Origin: Nitrospinota bacterium
Lineage (GTDB): Bacteria; Nitrospinota; Nitrospinia; UBA9942
Length of the DNA: 57,607 nucleotides
Assembly: GCA_016234205.1 (NCBI GenBank)
Contig: JACRGN010000300.1
Location: 1 to 57,607, forward strand
Reading direction: 5' to 3'
Below, piece by piece: positions 55,902 through 57,607 of this stretch (its first letter is position 1; every line of letters starts with the position of its first letter). The translations under genes were made by a program, and so were the position numbers. Under the pieces are notes generated by a model. The model was not told the DNA's origin and did not search any database. It worked only from the letters and a program-made list of their open reading frames with translations.

Positions 55902-56606
55902 TTACTTCTTCTTCAATTCAAAAGCCACCTTATTCTCCCCATCTTTTACTGTGATGTCCTTTATCTGCTCACCCAATGTCTCATGCCAGACCTTTATCTT
56001 GTATGTCCCTGCCGGCACATCGGAAATCTTAAAAGAGCCTGCATCATCACTTATAGCTACATATTGATTATCCGTAACTATGAAAAAGGCGCTCATCCAT
56101 TCGTGGACATCGCATTTAATCGGAACGATCTCAGGATATTTAAATAATTCTTTACCGAGGGTCTTCACCTTCTGCGTGCCAGGCTGACCGGCATTATACG
56201 ACTCATTCTCTATGGTAAAGGAGTGGAAATTGTGCATGAGACCATCATTATTGTAGAGATCCAGCTTTGATTCTAATGGAATTACTACAACATGGGGCTT
56301 GAACTGACAGGTATCCTGCTCAAATTTGATTGCCACTGGAGAGGGTGATGTCTTCTTCGCGGCGCCCTCAATGAAGATAATGGCATTTTTCAAGCCCTTG
56401 TCCTTACCAACAATAAGGTTCTCCTTGAACTTTGGCTTCTTACCGCACACATCGGGGTCCTTTGTTATGTTTATCTTCTCAGGTGCGGGAGGGGCGCCTG
56501 CAAACTTCACATCCCCTTTAACCACACCTGCAGAGAATACAGGGGATACCCCGGAATACAGAATACAGAATACAGAACACAGAACAATCGAAATACATCT
56601 TCTCAT
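55902..56606 (-). CDS. Periplasmic cupredoxin-like protein (type-1 Cu ligand pattern) + C-terminal CarboxypepD_reg-like beta-sandwich
   Basis: Signal peptide; LYNNDGLMHNFH and C-DV-H-EW-M (C-x2-H-x2-M as in amicyanin); C-terminal GSFKISDVPAGTYKIKVWHE. Confidence 0.62.
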   Translation of the reverse strand: MRRCISIVLCSVFCILYSGVSPVFSAGVVKGDVKFAGAPPAPEKINITKDPDVCGKKPKFKENLIVGKDKGLKNAIIFIEGAAKKTSPSPVAIKFEQDTCQFKPHVVVIPLESKLDLYNNDGLMHNFHSFTIENESYNAGQPGTQKVKTLGKELFKYPEIVPIKCDVHEWMSAFFIVTDNQYVAISDDAGSFKISDVPAGTYKIKVWHETLGEQIKDITVKDGENKVAFELKKK

Positions 56607-56673
56607 TTTTTCTCCTTTCGTTTTTGAAATTTAGCCACCGATTTACTCAGACTTTTTAAGCCATTTAAACCGT

Positions 56674-57607
56674 TTAAACTGTTTGAACCGTTTTTAATGA
56701 GTCAGTTGCCTCTGCTTCATCTTCCTCCTTTTCTTTTGTAGAAAATTGTGCCAGCCAGAATACAAAGACGACCATCATCATAAAGATGAATGTGGTAAGA
56801 GAGATTATCTTTGCGGCAAATCCAAAGGGCATGGTAAAGGCATCAGGGGAGTAATCCCTCATCACAGTATAGACATGCCAGTGTTGTCTTACCCCTGACC
56901 TCACATACCCCATCAATCCCATAAGCCATGTAAAGGATACGGCAATCAGAAAGAGGAGATATTGGGACCTCCTGGGCATATCCCCCCATTCTATGGGACC
57001 CGCACTTTTAGCACGGCGATACATAAATCCATCCAAAAGACTGCCGATAACTATTACACTTAATGTGGTCGCAACCTGCGGGACAGAGAGCCCGATCCTG
57101 ATATTGGCAGGGAGAAAGTAACCATATACTCCTAAAGATATTATATTGACAGCGGCTGCGGTAAAGAGGGCTACCTGAATGATATTCCCCGTCTTTACCC
57201 ATGAGACCTGTGGTATTTTATTGCCTCTCCGATAGAGCATAAAGGACAGGAATGTAGTAACTATCATCAGGTTTACAGCAGTATTTTTTGCAGACATGAC
57301 ACCGAATACACCGACATATGGATGATGGGCGCTGCCCAGGGTCTTGAGCTCTTTACCGGTCATGATAATTGTGTGGGGTGTAAACCAGATAAGGAAGCAG
57401 CCTACCAGGACAATTGTCATGTATTTAATGAAGGGGAAGTATCTCTCAGCTCCCCTTATCCGTTCCATCCCTAACCATAGATAATAATTTATGCTGAGGA
57501 AGATAACACCAATCAAAAGTGCCTGGACGATAAATATCCAGGCGAATATCCCACCCATAAGAGTTATCCCCATCTGCTGACTGTATCCATATACCTCCTT
57601 CATCAGC
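56674..57607 (-). CDS. CydA-like (cytochrome bd subunit-I-like, 'bd-like oxidase') membrane protein, possibly truncated by window edge
   Basis: About 8 TM helices; GYVRSGVRQHWHVYTVMRD resembles the conserved CydA GRQPW loop; frame still open upstream of ATG 57603. Confidence 0.6.
   Translation of the reverse strand, partial: LMKEVYGYSQQMGITLMGGIFAWIFIVQALLIGVIFLSINYYLWLGMERIRGAERYFPFIKYMTIVLVGCFLIWFTPHTIIMTGKELKTLGSAHHPYVGVFGVMSAKNTAVNLMIVTTFLSFMLYRRGNKIPQVSWVKTGNIIQVALFTAAAVNIISLGVYGYFLPANIRIGLSVPQVATTLSVIVIGSLLDGFMYRRAKSAGPIEWGDMPRRSQYLLFLIAVSFTWLMGLMGYVRSGVRQHWHVYTVMRDYSPDAFTMPFGFAAKIISLTTFIFMMMVVFVFWLAQFSTKEKEEDEAEATDSLKTVQTV

Overview
AT-rich bacterial chromosomal segment. Gene content and repeat style resemble uncultivated anaerobic Nitrospirota/Thermodesulfovibrio-like genomes, but that placement is inference only. 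I call about 58 CDS and one tRNA-Leu(UAA).

The left two thirds is mostly housekeeping. It holds eno, ftsB, trxA, uppS-cdsA-dxr-pgpA, pncC-thpR-recA-recX, pilD, arginase, plsY, proS, ispG and valS, interleaved with signalling genes. The signalling genes are a GAF-4xPAS protein, two sensor kinases, three REC proteins, GAF-HD-GYP, an ECF sigma/anti-sigma pair and an MCP.

The right third is a redox neighbourhood. It holds TlpA/CcdA, TatA/TatC plus a second TatA, and Moco biosynthesis (moaA, moaC-mogA, moaE, moaD, moeA). It also holds a pentaheme cytochrome c. At the window edge sits a truncated cluster of a CydA-like (bd-like) membrane protein, a cupredoxin, a membrane cytochrome c, a Zn-ribbon peptide and a dihaem-cytochrome-c/EB_dh fusion.

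Main observations:
1. Almost every intergenic gap is filled by nested palindromic 'word' repeats from several families.
2. The same repeat units sit in-frame inside conserved genes: cdsA, pgpA, recX, plsY, proS, moaA, the ECF sigma tail, and three in one cytochrome.
3. A recurring hairpin-TTTTATAATTTCC-N9-11-ATG cassette suggests near-leaderless promoters.
4. A four-helix-bundle (23S-IVS-protein family) gene sits in the loop of a 21-bp stem between a kinase and a response regulator, with an 8-bp direct duplication.
5. A lipoprotein is paired with a TPR+beta-barrel protein of Slam/DUF560-like architecture.
6. There are secreted proteins with Met/Pro/Gly and KNPCG heptad repeats.
7. The bd-like/cupredoxin/cytochrome cluster is a candidate respiratory module.

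No CRISPR, transposase, integrase or prophage genes were seen.
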